A stretch of 32,000 nucleotides of DNA, taken from contig NZ_PGGB02000001.1 in the NCBI RefSeq assembly GCF_002803295.2, positions 1 through 32,000 on the forward strand, written 5' to 3'. The notes below the pieces were generated by a model. That model was given only the letters and a program-made list of their open reading frames with translations, searched no databases and was not told the DNA's origin. Position 1 is the stretch's first letter. Each line of letters starts with the position of its first letter. Positions 1-9,869 of the stretch are shown one piece after another. This stretch comes from Caedibacter taeniospiralis (GTDB lineage: Bacteria > Pseudomonadota > Gammaproteobacteria > Francisellales > Francisellaceae). The position numbers and the translations under genes were made by a program.

Positions 1-225
1 TCGCTGAGAATGTTCGGTGCAGGTGCCCAGGTAGTGGGTTTTTGAAGATGTTTAAAGAGATATAAGATGTAGATACTTGAATACTTTGAGCGAAGAATAT
101 TGCGGATTGTAGTCACTGTGTTAGTTTTGAATTTTAAATGTTTAATTGTGTGTTGAGTTATTTTAAATTTAACATTCATAATTAAACATTCAAAATTGAT
201 ATAAGTGGTTATGATCTAAGGATTT

Positions 226-1861
<1,636 letters not shown>

Positions 1862-1976
1862 AAGGTACGAGTATGATGTTGAATTTTTAATGTTGAATGT
1901 TGAATTTTTGATGTTTGAAGTACGAAAGAAATTAAGAAAGAGCGAGAAGTATTTGAGTGTTTACAAATGATGTTTT

Positions 1977-2092
1977 TTCTAGAGACTAGAAACTAGAGAC
2001 TAGAAACTAGAAACTAGAAACTAGAGACTAGAGACTAGAGACTAGAAACTAGAATACTTCTAGAAACTAGTCTCTAGTCTCTAGTATCTAGT
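1977..2092. repeat. Tandem CTAG-heptamer tract (about 16 units of ACTAGAA/ACTAGAG, then the complementary TCTAGT units) immediately 5' of tRNA-Ile
   Basis: Direct reading gives TCTAGAGACTAGAAACTAGAGACTAGAAACTAGAAACTAGAAACTAGAGACTAGAGACTAGAGACTAGAAACTAGAATACTTCTAGAAACTAGTCTCTAGTCTCTAGTATCTAGT. The two halves are partly self-complementary. Confidence 0.9.
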
Positions 2093-2169
<77 letters not shown>

Positions 2170-2311
2170 TCTAGAGACTAGTGTCAAGAGACTAGAAACT
2201 AGGGATTGAATCTTGCTGTGCGAGATGATTTTTTAAATGAATCATCGCGAAGCGATTCGAGTCTGGTTTCTAGTTTCTAGAGTAAGCGCAGCGAGCGTTC
2301 TAGTATCTAGA
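2170..2311 (+). mobile_element. CTAG-heptamer palindromic element, ITS copy 1 (142 bp), between tRNA-Ile and tRNA-Ala
   Basis: The sequence is TCTAGAGACTAGTGTCAAGAGACTAGAAACTAGGGATTGAATCTTGCTGTGCGAGATGATTTTTTAAATGAATCATCGCGAAGCGATTCGAGTCTGGTTTCTAGTTTCTAGAGTAAGCGCAGCGAGCGTTCTAGTATCTAGA. It is identical to 2388-2529. Confidence 0.9.
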
Positions 2312-2387
2312 GGGGCCATAGCTCAGCTGGGAGAGCGCCTGCTTTGCACGCAGGAGGTCAGGAGTTCGATCCTCCTTGGCTCCACCA
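2312..2387 (+). tRNA. tRNA-Ala (anticodon TGC)
   Basis: The sequence is GGGGCCATAGCTCAGCTGGGAGAGCGCCTGCTTTGCACGCAGGAGGTCAGGAGTTCGATCCTCCTTGGCTCCACCA. It has a G3:U70 pair, anticodon loop TTTGCAC and an encoded CCA. Confidence 0.97.
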
Positions 2388-2529
2388 TCTAGAGACTAGT
2401 GTCAAGAGACTAGAAACTAGGGATTGAATCTTGCTGTGCGAGATGATTTTTTAAATGAATCATCGCGAAGCGATTCGAGTCTGGTTTCTAGTTTCTAGAG
2501 TAAGCGCAGCGAGCGTTCTAGTATCTAGA
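2388..2529 (+). mobile_element. CTAG-heptamer palindromic element, ITS copy 2 (142 bp), between tRNA-Ala and 23S
   Basis: It is a base-for-base duplicate of 2170-2311, offset by 218 nt. Confidence 0.9.
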
Positions 2530-2535
2530 GCCGAG

Positions 2536-2550
2536 ATCTTTAACAATTTA
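2536..2550 (+). promoter_or_regulatory. boxA-like antitermination element in the spacer upstream of 23S
   Basis: ATCTTTAACAATTTA matches the core of the enterobacterial rrn boxA (TGCTCTTTAACAATTTA). It sits in the expected spacer position. Confidence 0.6.
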
Positions 2551-2729
2551 TTATAGAGTAATGACCAAGAGAATAAGCGCAAACGGCGGATGCCTTGGCA
2601 GTCAGAGGCGAGGAAAGACGTGATAGCCTGCGAAAAGCTTCGGGGAGCTGGCAAATAAGCATTGATCCGAAGATATCTGAATGGGGGAACCCACCTCACT
2701 CATAAAGTGCTCAGCACTTTATTCATTTC

Positions 2730-2762
2730 GAGAAACTAGAGATTGGAAACTAGAAACTAGAG
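2730..2762 (+). repeat. One-sided CTAG-heptamer tract inside an expanded 23S helix-9 region (expansion roughly 2693-2768)
   Basis: GAGAAACTAGAGATTGGAAACTAGAAACTAGAG lies inside a stem closed by CCTCACTC / GAGTGAG. A perfect small hairpin (ATAAAGTGC TCA GCACTTTAT) sits next to it. The region is much longer than its E. coli counterpart. Confidence 0.6.
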
Positions 2763-2837
2763 TGAGTAGAGGGTGTAATTTGTGCATGAATGAGTATTTT
2801 AAGAGTGGGGTATCACTGACGTAAGTTAAGTGAGGCG

Positions 2838-2868
<31 letters not shown>

Positions 2869-3200
2869 TAGGAAAAGAAATCAACCGAGATTCCCTAAGT
2901 AGCGGCGAGCGAAGGGGGAAGAGCCTGGTATACTTTAGCATGTGAGTTAGTCGAACATTCTGGGAAGGATGACCATAGCAGGTGATAGTCCTGTAGACGA
3001 AAGCTTGGATGTGGAACTAGGTATACGAATAAGTAGGGCGGGACACGAGAAATCCTGTTTGAAGAAGGGGGGACCATCCTCCAAGGCTAAATACTACTGA
3101 CTGACCGATAGTGAACCAGTACCGTGAGGGAAAGGCGAAAAGAACCCCGATGAGGGGAGTGAAATAGAACCTGAAACCGTTTGCGTACAAGCAGTCAGAG

Positions 3201-3345
3201 CTAGAAACTAGAGACTAGAAACTAGAGACTAGAGATTAGGGGTTGAAGCGCTTCGCGATGATTAATTTACAAAAATAAATCATCTTGCAAAGCAAGATAC
3301 GACTCCTGGTTTCTAGTCTCTAGTTTCTAGTTTCTAGGAGACTAG
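3201..3345 (+). mobile_element. Intervening sequence / CTAG-heptamer palindromic element at the 23S helix-25 position
   Basis: It is inserted between the conserved GTACAAGCAGTCAGAG and TGATGGCGTACCTTTTGTATAATGGGTCAGCGA. The arms are CTAGAAACTAGAGACTAGAAACTAGAGACTAGAGATTAG and TTTCTAGTCTCTAGTTTCTAGTTTCTAGGAGACTAG. The core is the reverse complement of the 6397-6529 core type. Confidence 0.85.
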
Positions 3346-3765
3346 TGATGGCGTACCTTTTGTATAATGGGTCAGCGAGTTACTTTTAGTGGCGAGGATA
3401 ACTGAATAAGGGATCCGTAGCGAAAGCGAGTTTTAATAGAGCGGACAGTCGCTAGGAGTAGACCCGAAACCGACGCGATCTATCCATGACCAGGTTGAAG
3501 GTTGGGTAACACCAACTGGAGGACCGAACCCGGTAATGTTGCAAAATTATGGGATGAGTTGTGGATCGGAGTGAAAGGCTAATCAAGCGCGGAGATAGCT
3601 GGTTCTCCCCGAAAACTATTTAGGTAGTGCCTTGTGAATGACTCGTTGGGGTAAAGCACTGTTTCGACTAGGGGGATTTTGCGATCTTACCGACTCGATG
3701 CAAACTTAGAATACGACGAAGTTGAATCACGGGAGACACACGGCGGGTGCTAAGGTCCGTCGTGG

Positions 3766-3803
<38 letters not shown>

Positions 3804-3838
3804 GTTATCGCTAAGTGGGAAACGATGTGGGAAGGCAT

Positions 3839-3902
<64 letters not shown>

Positions 3903-3957
3903 GAGTCGGCCTGCGCGAAAGATTTAACGGGGCTAAGCGATACACCGAAGCTGCGGG

Positions 3958-4392
3958 ACTAGAGACTAGAGACTAGAAACTGGAGACTAGAGGAGATAAG
4001 ATGCCGTATCACAATTTATCAGTATATCAGAAGGCATATCAGTTAGCGCTGGAGCTACACGTGGAGAGTATGAAGTGGCCGCGGATAGAACAGTGTGAGA
4101 TTGGGAGTCAATTAAGGCGAGCGAGCAAATCCATATGTGCGAACATAGCGGAAGGGATGGGCAAGCAAGCGAGTGAAAAGGAAGTAAGAAGGTTTGTTCA
4201 GATAGCGATAGGCTCTTGCGATGAATGCCGGGTGTGGCTGGATTTTGCAAGGGACTTAGGGTATATCGATCAGGAGAGTCATAGGGGCTACGATGAGAGG
4301 TATTGCGAAGTTGGGCGAATGTTAAGAGGTATACAGAGAAGATATAGCTGATGTCTATTCTAGTATCTAGTTTCTAGTATCTAGTTTCTAGT
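3958..4392 (+). mobile_element. ORF-bearing intervening sequence at the 23S helix-45 position, bounded by CTAG-heptamer arms
   Basis: It is inserted between CCGAAGCTGCGGG and CGGTAGGGGAGCGTTCTGTAAGC. The left arm is ACTAGAGACTAGAGACTAGAAACTGGAGACTAGAGG. The right arm is TTCTAGTATCTAGTTTCTAGTATCTAGTTTCTAGT. Confidence 0.88.
4001..4351 (+). CDS. 23S rRNA intervening-sequence protein (S23p-type four-helix-bundle family)
   Basis: The 116-aa ORF has family hallmarks: Y.KAYQLALEL, QLRRASKSICANIAEG, IAIGSCDEC and ARDLGYI. A GGAG lies about 7 nt upstream of the ATG. The position inside a helix-45 IVS is the classic context for this family. Confidence 0.85.
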   Translation: MPYHNLSVYQKAYQLALELHVESMKWPRIEQCEIGSQLRRASKSICANIAEGMGKQASEKEVRRFVQIAIGSCDECRVWLDFARDLGYIDQESHRGYDERYCEVGRMLRGIQRRYS

Positions 4393-4946
4393 CGGTAGGG
4401 GAGCGTTCTGTAAGCTTATGAAGGTGCATTGAGAAGTGTGCTGGAGGTATCAGAAGTGCGAATGCTGACATGAGTAACGATAAATAAGTGAGATTCTTAT
4501 TGGCCGAAAACCCAAGGTTTCCTACGCAATGTTAATCAACGTAGGGTAAGTCGGCGCCTAAGGCGAATCCGAAGGGAGTAGTCGATGGGAAACAGGTTAA
4601 TATTCCTGTACCGATGGTAGTTGCGATGGAGAGACGGAGAAAGCTAGGTCTGCCTGGCGGATGGTAGTCCAGGTGAAAGCGTGTAGGTAGTGCACTTAGG
4701 CAAATCCGGGTGTATGATGATCTGAGGCGTGAGAGGGAACAGGGCTCTACGGGGTTCTGCCAAGAGATTGATGCTCGGCTTCCAGGAAAAGCTTCTAAGC
4801 ATAAATTACCATTGACCGTACTGTAAACCGACACTGGTGGGTGGGTAGAGAATACCAAGGCGATGAGAGAACCCAGGTGAAGGAACTAGGCAAAATGACA
4901 CCGTAACTTCGGGAGAAGGTGTGCCTCATTAGGGTGAAGGACTTGC

Positions 4947-5045
4947 CTGACCACTAAATTCTATGATGGATGAAAGCTGTTGAGAGTTGTAGAGATAGAC
5001 AATTTGTTGATAGCCTGTTGTAGGACGTGGAATTTAGTGGTCAGG
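4947..5045 (+). other. Extended hairpin (23S helix-63 variable region) closed by a 15-16 bp perfect inverted repeat
   Basis: CCTGACCACTAAATTC (4947-4961) and GAATTTAGTGGTCAGG (5030-5045) enclose about 68 nt that are absent from the E. coli homologous hairpin. Confidence 0.6.
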
Positions 5046-5185
5046 TGAACGTCTGGAGCGTGAAGAGGTTGCAAATACCAGGTGGCTGCGACTGTTTACT
5101 AAAAACACAGCACTCTGCGAACTCGGAAGAGGAAGTATAGGGTGTGACGCCTGCCCGGTGCTGGAAGGTTAATTGAAGGGGTTAT

Positions 5186-5486
5186 CCTACCACTTAATTA
5201 TTTTGGAGTTTGATATGTATTGTGTATACGTGATTTATTCGAAAGAATTAGATAGTTTTTACTTGTGGGTTATAGTGAAAACCTAAGGAAAAGGATTGAT
5301 TCGCATAAGTCGGGTAGAAGTAGATATACAAGCCGAACGAGAGATTGGATTCTTGTCTACTACGAAGCTTACGCAAGTGAAAAGCTTGCTAGGTTAAGAG
5401 AAGCTAAATTAAAGCGAGCGAATCGAATGAGGAGTTTGTTGTATAAAGGCTTAAGAGAAGAAATATCAGAGTAATTAAGTGGTAGG
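5186..5486 (+). mobile_element. 301-bp insertion in 23S domain IV (hairpin just 5' of helix 69), bounded by a 15-bp perfect inverted repeat and carrying a GIY-YIG ORF
   Basis: CCTACCACTTAATTA (5186-5200) is the exact reverse complement of TAATTAAGTGGTAGG (5472-5486). The flanks GAAGGTTAATTGAAGGGGTTAT and AGAAGCTCTGGATCGAAGCCCCAGTAAACGGCGGCCG are contiguous in other 23S rRNAs apart from a short loop. Confidence 0.85.
5215..5474 (+). pseudogene. Small GIY-YIG nuclease-family ORF (UPF0213/YhbQ-like), frameshifted near codon 17
   Basis: The ATG at 5215 gives MYCVYVIYSKELDSFYLWVIVKT*, which contains the GIY-like strand. The frame from 5265 continues (V)GYSENLRKRIDSHKSGRSRYTSRTRDWILVYYEAYASEKLARLREAKLK, which contains the YIG, Arg and Glu motifs. 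The two parts join only after a 1-nt (or 2-nt) frame correction around 5260-5266. Confidence 0.7.
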
Positions 5487-5509
5487 AGAAGCTCTGGATC
5501 GAAGCCCCA

Positions 5510-5552
<43 letters not shown>

Positions 5553-5553
5553 C

Positions 5554-5591
<38 letters not shown>

Positions 5592-5664
5592 CGATGGCCA
5601 CACTGTCTCCAACTGCGACTCAGTGAAATTGAAATTGCTGTGAAGATGCAGCTTTCCCGCGGCT

Positions 5665-5696
<32 letters not shown>

Positions 5697-6095
5697 CTTT
5701 GCACTGGACTTTGAGAATATTTGTGTAGGATAGGTGGGAGACTAAGAGATTCGTACGCTAGTATGGAAGGAGTCGACGTTGAAATACCACCCTGATATTT
5801 TTGGAGTTCTAACTCAGACGAGAGTCGAGGACAGTGTATGGTGGGTAGTTTGACTGGGGCGGTCTCCTCCTAAAGAGTAACGGAGGAGTACGAAGGTGCA
5901 CTCGGCGCGGTCGGAAATCGCGCCAAGAGTATAAAGGCAAAAGTGCGCTTAACTGAGAGAGTGACGGCTCGATCAGGTACGAAAGCATGCTATAATGATC
6001 CGGTGTTTTTTTTTGAATAAGACATCGCTCAACGAATAAAAGGTACGCTAGGGATAACAGGCTTATAAATTCTGAGAGTTCCTATTAAAGAATTT

Positions 6096-6130
<35 letters not shown>

Positions 6131-6341
6131 TGGTGCAGAATCTGCCAAGGGTTTGGCTGTTCGCCAATTAAAGTGGTACGTGAGCTGGGTTTAAAACGTT
6201 GTGAGACAGTTTGGTCCCTATCTGTTGTAGAATTAAGAAACGAGGCTGAGATCGACGCCAGTACGAGAGGACCGACTAGAACTAGCCTCTGGTTCGGCAT
6301 CTATTTCAACAAAGGCATAGCCCAGTAGCTACGTTCGGAAT

Positions 6342-6374
<33 letters not shown>

Positions 6375-6396
6375 AGCCTCAAGATGAGATCTCCCG

Positions 6397-6529
6397 TCTA
6401 GAGACTAGAAACTAGAGACTAGAAACTAGGAGTTGAGTCTTGCTTTGCAAGATGGGTTGTTTTTTATAAATCAATTCATCGCGAAGCGATTCAAGCTCTA
6501 GTTTCTAGTCTCTAGTTTCTAGTCTCTAG
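6397..6529 (+). mobile_element. Intervening sequence / CTAG-heptamer palindromic element at the 23S helix-98 position
   Basis: It is inserted between AAGATGAGATCTCCCG and TTAAGGGTTGTTGAAGACTACGACGTTGATAGG. The arms are TCTAGAGACTAGAAACTAGAGACTAGAAACTAGG and CTCTAGTTTCTAGTCTCTAGTTTCTAGTCTCTAG. The core contains the hairpins CTTGCTTTGCAAG and CGCGAAGCG. Confidence 0.85.
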
Positions 6530-6668
6530 CTTAAGGGTTGTTGAAGACTACGACGTTGATAGGCTGGCTGTAGAAGTGCAGTAATGTATGAAGCTAACCA
6601 GTACTAATTGCCCGAGAGACTTGGTTATTACTCTATGATAGATTGTTAGAGCTTTCTGCTCGCAGGTT

Positions 6669-6784
6669 ACCTGATGAAAATAGCGACTGTGAACCACCTG
6701 ATTCCATTCCGAACTCAGAAGTGAAAACAGTTAGCGTCGATGATAGTGTGGCATTCGCCATGTGAAAGTAGAACATCATCAGGT
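6669..6784 (+). rRNA. rrf: 5S ribosomal RNA
   Basis: The terminal stem is ACCTGATGA...TCATCAGGT. The conserved CCGAACTCAGAAGTGAAA block is present. It lies directly 3' of 23S. Confidence 0.9.
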
Positions 6785-6796
6785 ATTTTATTTGAA

Positions 6797-6819
6797 AGGC
6801 ACCTCAGGGTGCCTTTTTT
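6797..6819 (+). terminator. Rho-independent terminator of the rrn operon
   Basis: AGGCACC TCAG GGTGCCT is a 7-bp GC-rich stem followed by TTTTT. Confidence 0.8.
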
Positions 6820-6926
6820 CGTTTCTGTAGGAATAGTGAATATTTTCGCTTTAACTCATTTGTATTTGTATCCTGGCACCTATCCCATATATGATGTTGT
6901 CGAGTAAAATACTAAGGAGGTGTGTG

Positions 6927-8417
6927 ATGTCACAGTATATTTTAACTTTGGATCAAGGAACGACAAGTTCAAGAGCTATTATTTTTGATCGGAAAGGACA
7001 AATTGTTGAAATGGCTCAACAGGAATTCAGACAAATATATCCAAAGCCTGGCTGGGTGGAGCACGATCCTAAGGATATATGGAGCTCGCAGGCAGCAGTG
7101 GCGACAACAGCGATCACTAAAGCAGGGGTCAATGGTAAAAATATTGCGGCTATTGGCATTACTAACCAGCGTGAAACAACTATTGTATGGGAGAGGGACA
7201 CAGGGAGACCCCTGTATAATGCGATCGTCTGGCAAGATCGACGCACGGCTGAGTTTTGTAATATGCTGAAATCTCAGGGGCATGCGCACATGATCCAAGA
7301 AAAAACTGGACTTGTAATTGATGCGTATTTTAGCGCATCAAAAATCAAGTGGATTTTAGATCATGTTGAAGGTGCGCGTGAAAAGGCTAAGCAAGGGAAG
7401 TTATGTTTTGGTACGGTGGATACCTGGCTTATGGCTAAATTTACAAACTTACGTTTGCATGCAACAGACGTAAGTAACGCGAGCCGCACGATGCTTTATA
7501 ACATCCATACCCATCAATGGGATGATGATTTGCTCGCATTATTTGATATTCCCAAAGCGATGATGCCAGAAGTGAAGTCTTCAAGCGAGATTTATTCGCA
7601 GACAGCAACGACCCTTTTTGCCACAAAAATTCCCATTGCAGGTGTTGCAGGAGATCAGCAAGCAGCTTTATTTGGGCAGATGTGTACGAAACCTGGGATG
7701 TTAAAAACAACCTATGGTACAGGATGCTTTATGATGATGAATACAGGAGGTACGCCCGCTATTTCAAAAAACAACCTTTTAACAACCATTGCCTGGCAGC
7801 TAGATGGTAAAACAACTTATGCACTTGAAGGTAGTGTGTTTATGGGAGGAGCTGTCATTCAATGGCTGCGTGATGAACTTGGCATGCTAAATAATGCCGC
7901 TGAGAGTGAAAAACTAGCACTTTCTGTGTCAGATAATGGTGGGGTTTATCTTGTTCCTGCGATGGCAGGCTTAGGGGCTCCGCATTGGGATCAATCGGCG
8001 CGCGGTTCAATCTTTGGCTTAACGCGTGGCAGCTCCAAAGCACATATTGCTCGAGCAGCACTAGAGAGTATTGTTTATCAGGTCGGTGACCTTGTTGCGG
8101 CACAAGTCTCCGATACAGGGATTAAATTAACTGAAATGCGTGTTGACGGAGGGGCTGTAGCTAATAATTTTCTGATGCAGTTTCAGGCAGATATGCTTGG
8201 TGCTAAGGTGATTCGCCCCAAGATATTAGAGACAACCGCCTTGGGCGCTGCGTATTTAGCAGGGCTTGCTATAGGTTATTGGTCTGATATTGATGAGTTA
8301 AAAGGCTTATGGTCTGTAGAAAGAGAATTTGTTAGTAAAATGGACAGTGCTATCCGCGAAGATAATACACGCTATTGGCATAAAGCAGTTAAGCGAGCAA
8401 AAGGATGGAGCGCATAA
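6927..8417 (+). CDS. glpK: Glycerol kinase
   Basis: The 496-aa product reads [21 protein letters not shown]...[10 protein letters not shown]...[10 protein letters not shown]...GAAYLAGLA, a FGGY kinase with GlpK signatures. AAGGAGG lies 6 nt upstream of the ATG at 6927. The track ORF start at 6891 is probably too long. Confidence 0.93.
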   Translation: MSQYILTLDQGTTSSRAIIFDRKGQIVEMAQQEFRQIYPKPGWVEHDPKDIWSSQAAVATTAITKAGVNGKNIAAIGITNQRETTIVWERDTGRPLYNAIVWQDRRTAEFCNMLKSQGHAHMIQEKTGLVIDAYFSASKIKWILDHVEGAREKAKQGKLCFGTVDTWLMAKFTNLRLHATDVSNASRTMLYNIHTHQWDDDLLALFDIPKAMMPEVKSSSEIYSQTATTLFATKIPIAGVAGDQQAALFGQMCTKPGMLKTTYGTGCFMMMNTGGTPAISKNNLLTTIAWQLDGKTTYALEGSVFMGGAVIQWLRDELGMLNNAAESEKLALSVSDNGGVYLVPAMAGLGAPHWDQSARGSIFGLTRGSSKAHIARAALESIVYQVGDLVAAQVSDTGIKLTEMRVDGGAVANNFLMQFQADMLGAKVIRPKILETTALGAAYLAGLAIGYWSDIDELKGLWSVEREFVSKMDSAIREDNTRYWHKAVKRAKGWSA

Positions 8418-9332
8418 ATGGTGATCACTAAGCATCAACAAGGCATTTTAAAAAACTTACCTGATTCAGCGATCTATTTGTTTTTCACATTGGAAAATGA
8501 AAATGAAAAAGAATTAGCAATGACAATGCAAAGCTTGCGCCAACTGGTCGATGGACAATCCATCGTGCTTGGTCTGGGTGAAAAAATGATGGCAAGGACT
8601 GACATGAATCTCGCATATCACCCGTATCAACCAACGCCAAGACAGAAAAAGCTTGCAGTAAAAACAGTTTGTGATTTGGTGCTTTGGTTAAGAGATCACG
8701 ATCAAGGGGTGCTTATGCACAAAGCAAGACAACTGATTGCGGTTATAAAAGATGCTTTCATTTGCCGTGATATCGTCAGAGCCTGTACCTATTTGACCCA
8801 GGAGCAAGATGGAAAAGTGGTCGATCATGATTTATCAGGGTTTGAGGATGGCACAGAAAATCCAAAGGGTGAAGACCAATTCAATACGGCGATTATTCGT
8901 TCGGGGGATAAATATCTCAATGGTTCAAGCTTTTGGGTTATTCAGAAGTGGCAGCACAACTTGGAGTGGTTAGATAAATCCAGCCAGCAGGCGAAAGAAG
9001 AGTTGATTGGTAGAAGTCTTGATGATAATAGAGAGCTCGAGGATAGTCAGGCTTTTGCGCATGTTAAACGTACAGCCCAAGAGAGTTTTGCGCCTGAAGC
9101 CTTTATGTGGCGCCGTTCAATGCCGTGGATCAATGATCAACTGGAAGGAGGTCTCATGTTTTCATGCTTTGCCACGAGCTTCTATCCATTTGAGGTGCAG
9201 TTTGCACGCATGACTGGAGAAGAAGATGGGATTGTTGATGGGCTGTTTAAGTTTTCCAAGATTTTATCAACGCAGTTTTTATGGTGCCCACCCTTTGTTA
9301 AAGGGCAATTATTGCTGCCTGAGTTTACGTAA
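8418..9332 (+). CDS. Dyp-type peroxidase family protein
   Basis: The 304-aa product carries the Dyp GxxDG-type motif (SGFEDGTENPKGED) and the C-terminal FARM...DG..FS pattern. Its start abuts the glpK stop (TAAATG). Confidence 0.75.
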   Translation: MVITKHQQGILKNLPDSAIYLFFTLENENEKELAMTMQSLRQLVDGQSIVLGLGEKMMARTDMNLAYHPYQPTPRQKKLAVKTVCDLVLWLRDHDQGVLMHKARQLIAVIKDAFICRDIVRACTYLTQEQDGKVVDHDLSGFEDGTENPKGEDQFNTAIIRSGDKYLNGSSFWVIQKWQHNLEWLDKSSQQAKEELIGRSLDDNRELEDSQAFAHVKRTAQESFAPEAFMWRRSMPWINDQLEGGLMFSCFATSFYPFEVQFARMTGEEDGIVDGLFKFSKILSTQFLWCPPFVKGQLLLPEFT

Positions 9333-9385
9333 GCAGTTTTAGCATGGGACACAATAGCTTTTTCGCCGATAATGACGATTGCGTA

Positions 9386-9405
9386 GGGGCGTATTGCATA
9401 CGCCC
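9386..9405. terminator. REP-like GC hairpin between convergent genes (probable bidirectional terminator)
   Basis: GGGGCGTAT TGC ATACGCCC lies between the Dyp stop (9332) and the GNAT stop (9408). Confidence 0.5.
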
Positions 9406-9407
9406 TT

Positions 9408-9869
9408 CTAAAAGTGGGCGGTGACTTTGTCAAGACCTAACTTCTTCATGCGATAGGCGTTTTCACCATTTAGATAGTAGTTATGTAGGATCTTATAAAT
9501 ACTAAACCCAAGTTTCTGGTAAAGATGAATCGCGCCAATATTGCTGGTGTTGACCTCAAGTGTGAGCATGGCAATGGTGTTTGGTAACTCGTTGATAGCG
9601 TATTGGATTAAGTTGTGTGCGATTCCTTTTCCTTGATATGCTGGTAAGACTGCCAGCGAGTAAATGCGTGCACTTTTCTGGCGAACAAACAAGAGTATAT
9701 AGCCAATTACCTGATGGTTATCATGCGCTAGATATAGCAGATTCCGCGGTGAGCGAATGTGATAATAAAATTGTGATTTACTGATCTGATCGGTGTTAAA
9801 AAGCGTGTATTCTAGCTCAGTTAGTGCGACCACATCACTTTTTTGAGCAACACGTACGCTAATCGTCAT
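9408..9869 (-). CDS. GNAT-family N-acetyltransferase (RimI-like)
   Basis: The product reads MTISVRVAQKSDVVALTELE...LAVLPAYQGKGIAHNLI...LEVNTSNIGAIHLYQKLGF, which carries the acetyl-CoA motif Q/RxxGxG/A. The ATG at 9869 overlaps the stop of the upstream ATP-grasp gene (ATGACGATTAG), so the longer track ORF start is unlikely. Confidence 0.8.
   Translation of the reverse strand: MTISVRVAQKSDVVALTELEYTLFNTDQISKSQFYYHIRSPRNLLYLAHDNHQVIGYILLFVRQKSARIYSLAVLPAYQGKGIAHNLIQYAINELPNTIAMLTLEVNTSNIGAIHLYQKLGFSIYKILHNYYLNGENAYRMKKLGLDKVTAHF

Noticed and set aside
77-110. A TTGAAT hexamer upstream of the 16S was considered as a possible rrn promoter -35 element.
   Set aside because: No acceptable -10 hexamer occurs at 16-18 nt spacing. 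The real promoters probably lie upstream of the window start. Only the leader/spacer complementarity (about 150-197 versus 1873-1915, a putative 16S processing stem) seems real.
4337-4350. There is a 14-nt identity (AGAAGATATAGCTG) between I-F spacer 2 (15674-15705) and the 3' end of the helix-45 IVS ORF. This raised the possibility of self-targeting.
   Set aside because: Only 14 of 32 nt match. By rough estimate the chance expectation over this window and eight spacers is a few percent, and no fuller match or PAM context supports it. It is only worth a computational re-check.
5186-5486. I considered whether the GIY-YIG-bearing 23S insertion is a homing group I intron.
   Set aside because: The ORF occupies about 260 of the 301 nt, leaving no space for a ribozyme core. 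The insertion replaces a hairpin loop and is closed by a perfect 15-bp stem, which is the IVS pattern.
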